The position numbers and the translations under genes were made by a program. DNA of 64,000 nucleotides from positions 62,001 through 126,000 of the forward strand of contig JAXLNO010000406.1 of NCBI GenBank assembly GCA_038087875.1, written 5' to 3'. Position 1 is the stretch's first letter. The number at the start of each line of letters is the position of its first letter. This document shows positions 63,171 through 64,000 of the stretch, one piece after another. The notes under the pieces were generated by a model, which worked only from the letters and a program-made list of their open reading frames with translations, did no database searches and had not been told where the DNA came from. The stretch is from Malacoraja senta (lineage: Eukaryota).

Positions 63171-64000
63171 ATTGAAATGTGGTATCAATGTGCTGACCAG
63201 GATTGTTATCAAAATGTATGGGCAATCTTCAGAGAGGGAAATCTGTGCCATAACTCTCTCTGACTTGTCAGTGACTGAAGTTTCTGGTGACTCAGTGTTG
63301 GCCCTGTTGGAATCGCGAGGTTCACAGTTATTAACTGTCTATCATGTTGAGGCATTGCTTGAATTAGATTCGTCAGGGAAACTATCATTCACCTCAGTCA
63401 AGGCTTTTTCTCAGCGGAATACGCCCAGCTATTTGTCCAGGCAAAGATCCTCTTACGCACATACACCTAAAAAATTGAGATCTTGTGCCGAATTTCTCAC
63501 TGTACTGCAGCTGCTGGTTTAAATCGAAGGTAGACAACAAATGCTGGAGTAACTTAGCGGGACAGGCAGAGAAGGAATGGGTGATGTTTCGTGTCGAGAC
63601 CCTACTTCAGACTCAATTAATCAATTAATCCGATTCAGACCCGATGAATCTCCTCTGTTCCCTCTCCAGCATAAACACATCCTTCCTTGAGCGTGTCGAC
63701 CTGCACACAATACACCAAGTGAGGCTGACCAGCCTTGATTGCCTTACATGTGACCCAGAGCACCAACAATTTCCATGTCAGTACAAATGTACTTCGCATG
63801 CCGACGGCACGGAAAGTGGTCGTTAATATATATCATAACCACCAACAAGCCCAGGACAGATCCCTGCTGAAGACCACTGCGAACAGATAGCCACTACCAT
63901 TCCATACCTTTCAATCACAAAACTATCCTGATGCTCATACCCTCTGCCTCCTTAAACCAAGTCAATCTTGGATCCAATTATCCAGGTCATATCGGATATC

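Overview
Vertebrate, intron-rich and transposon-dense genomic DNA. The repeat families (CR1/HER1 LINEs, HE1/V-type SINEs, Penelope pieces) point to a cartilaginous fish, probably a skate or ray (inference). The window holds part of a cluster of class IV TRIM genes (RING, B-box, coiled-coil, B30.2/PRY-SPRY; A33/TRIM39/TRIM69-like), all sharing a six-exon structure. TRIM-A (+, 6392-11927) is intact except for one in-frame TGA and a GC splice donor. TRIM-B (-, 29729-18913) has four 1-nt homopolymer indels and a RING Cys-to-Gly change. TRIM-C (+, from 58198) has intact exons 1-5, and its B30.2 exon lies beyond the window. Orphan B30.2 and 3'-UTR remnants lie at 1-49, 2654-3090 and 50826-50995. B and C form a near-identical inverted duplication that includes the introns and ends at a 200-N assembly gap. 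A GC-rich island at about 35.4-36.5 kb carries a 19-nt first coding exon (MSTEKQ) resembling PRRT1, which would link the cluster to the MHC. Notable mobile DNA includes a P-element-like insertion with an 8-bp TSD just upstream of TRIM-A, a young CR1 with an open 579-aa RT frame just upstream of TRIM-C, a near full-length CR1 with an esterase ORF1, a hAT element with perfect TIRs and TSD, Helentron-like elements, and many Penelope-derived short elements carrying a minimal hammerhead-ribozyme-like core, often arranged as fold-backs or tandem arrays. All calls were made by eye without database searches.
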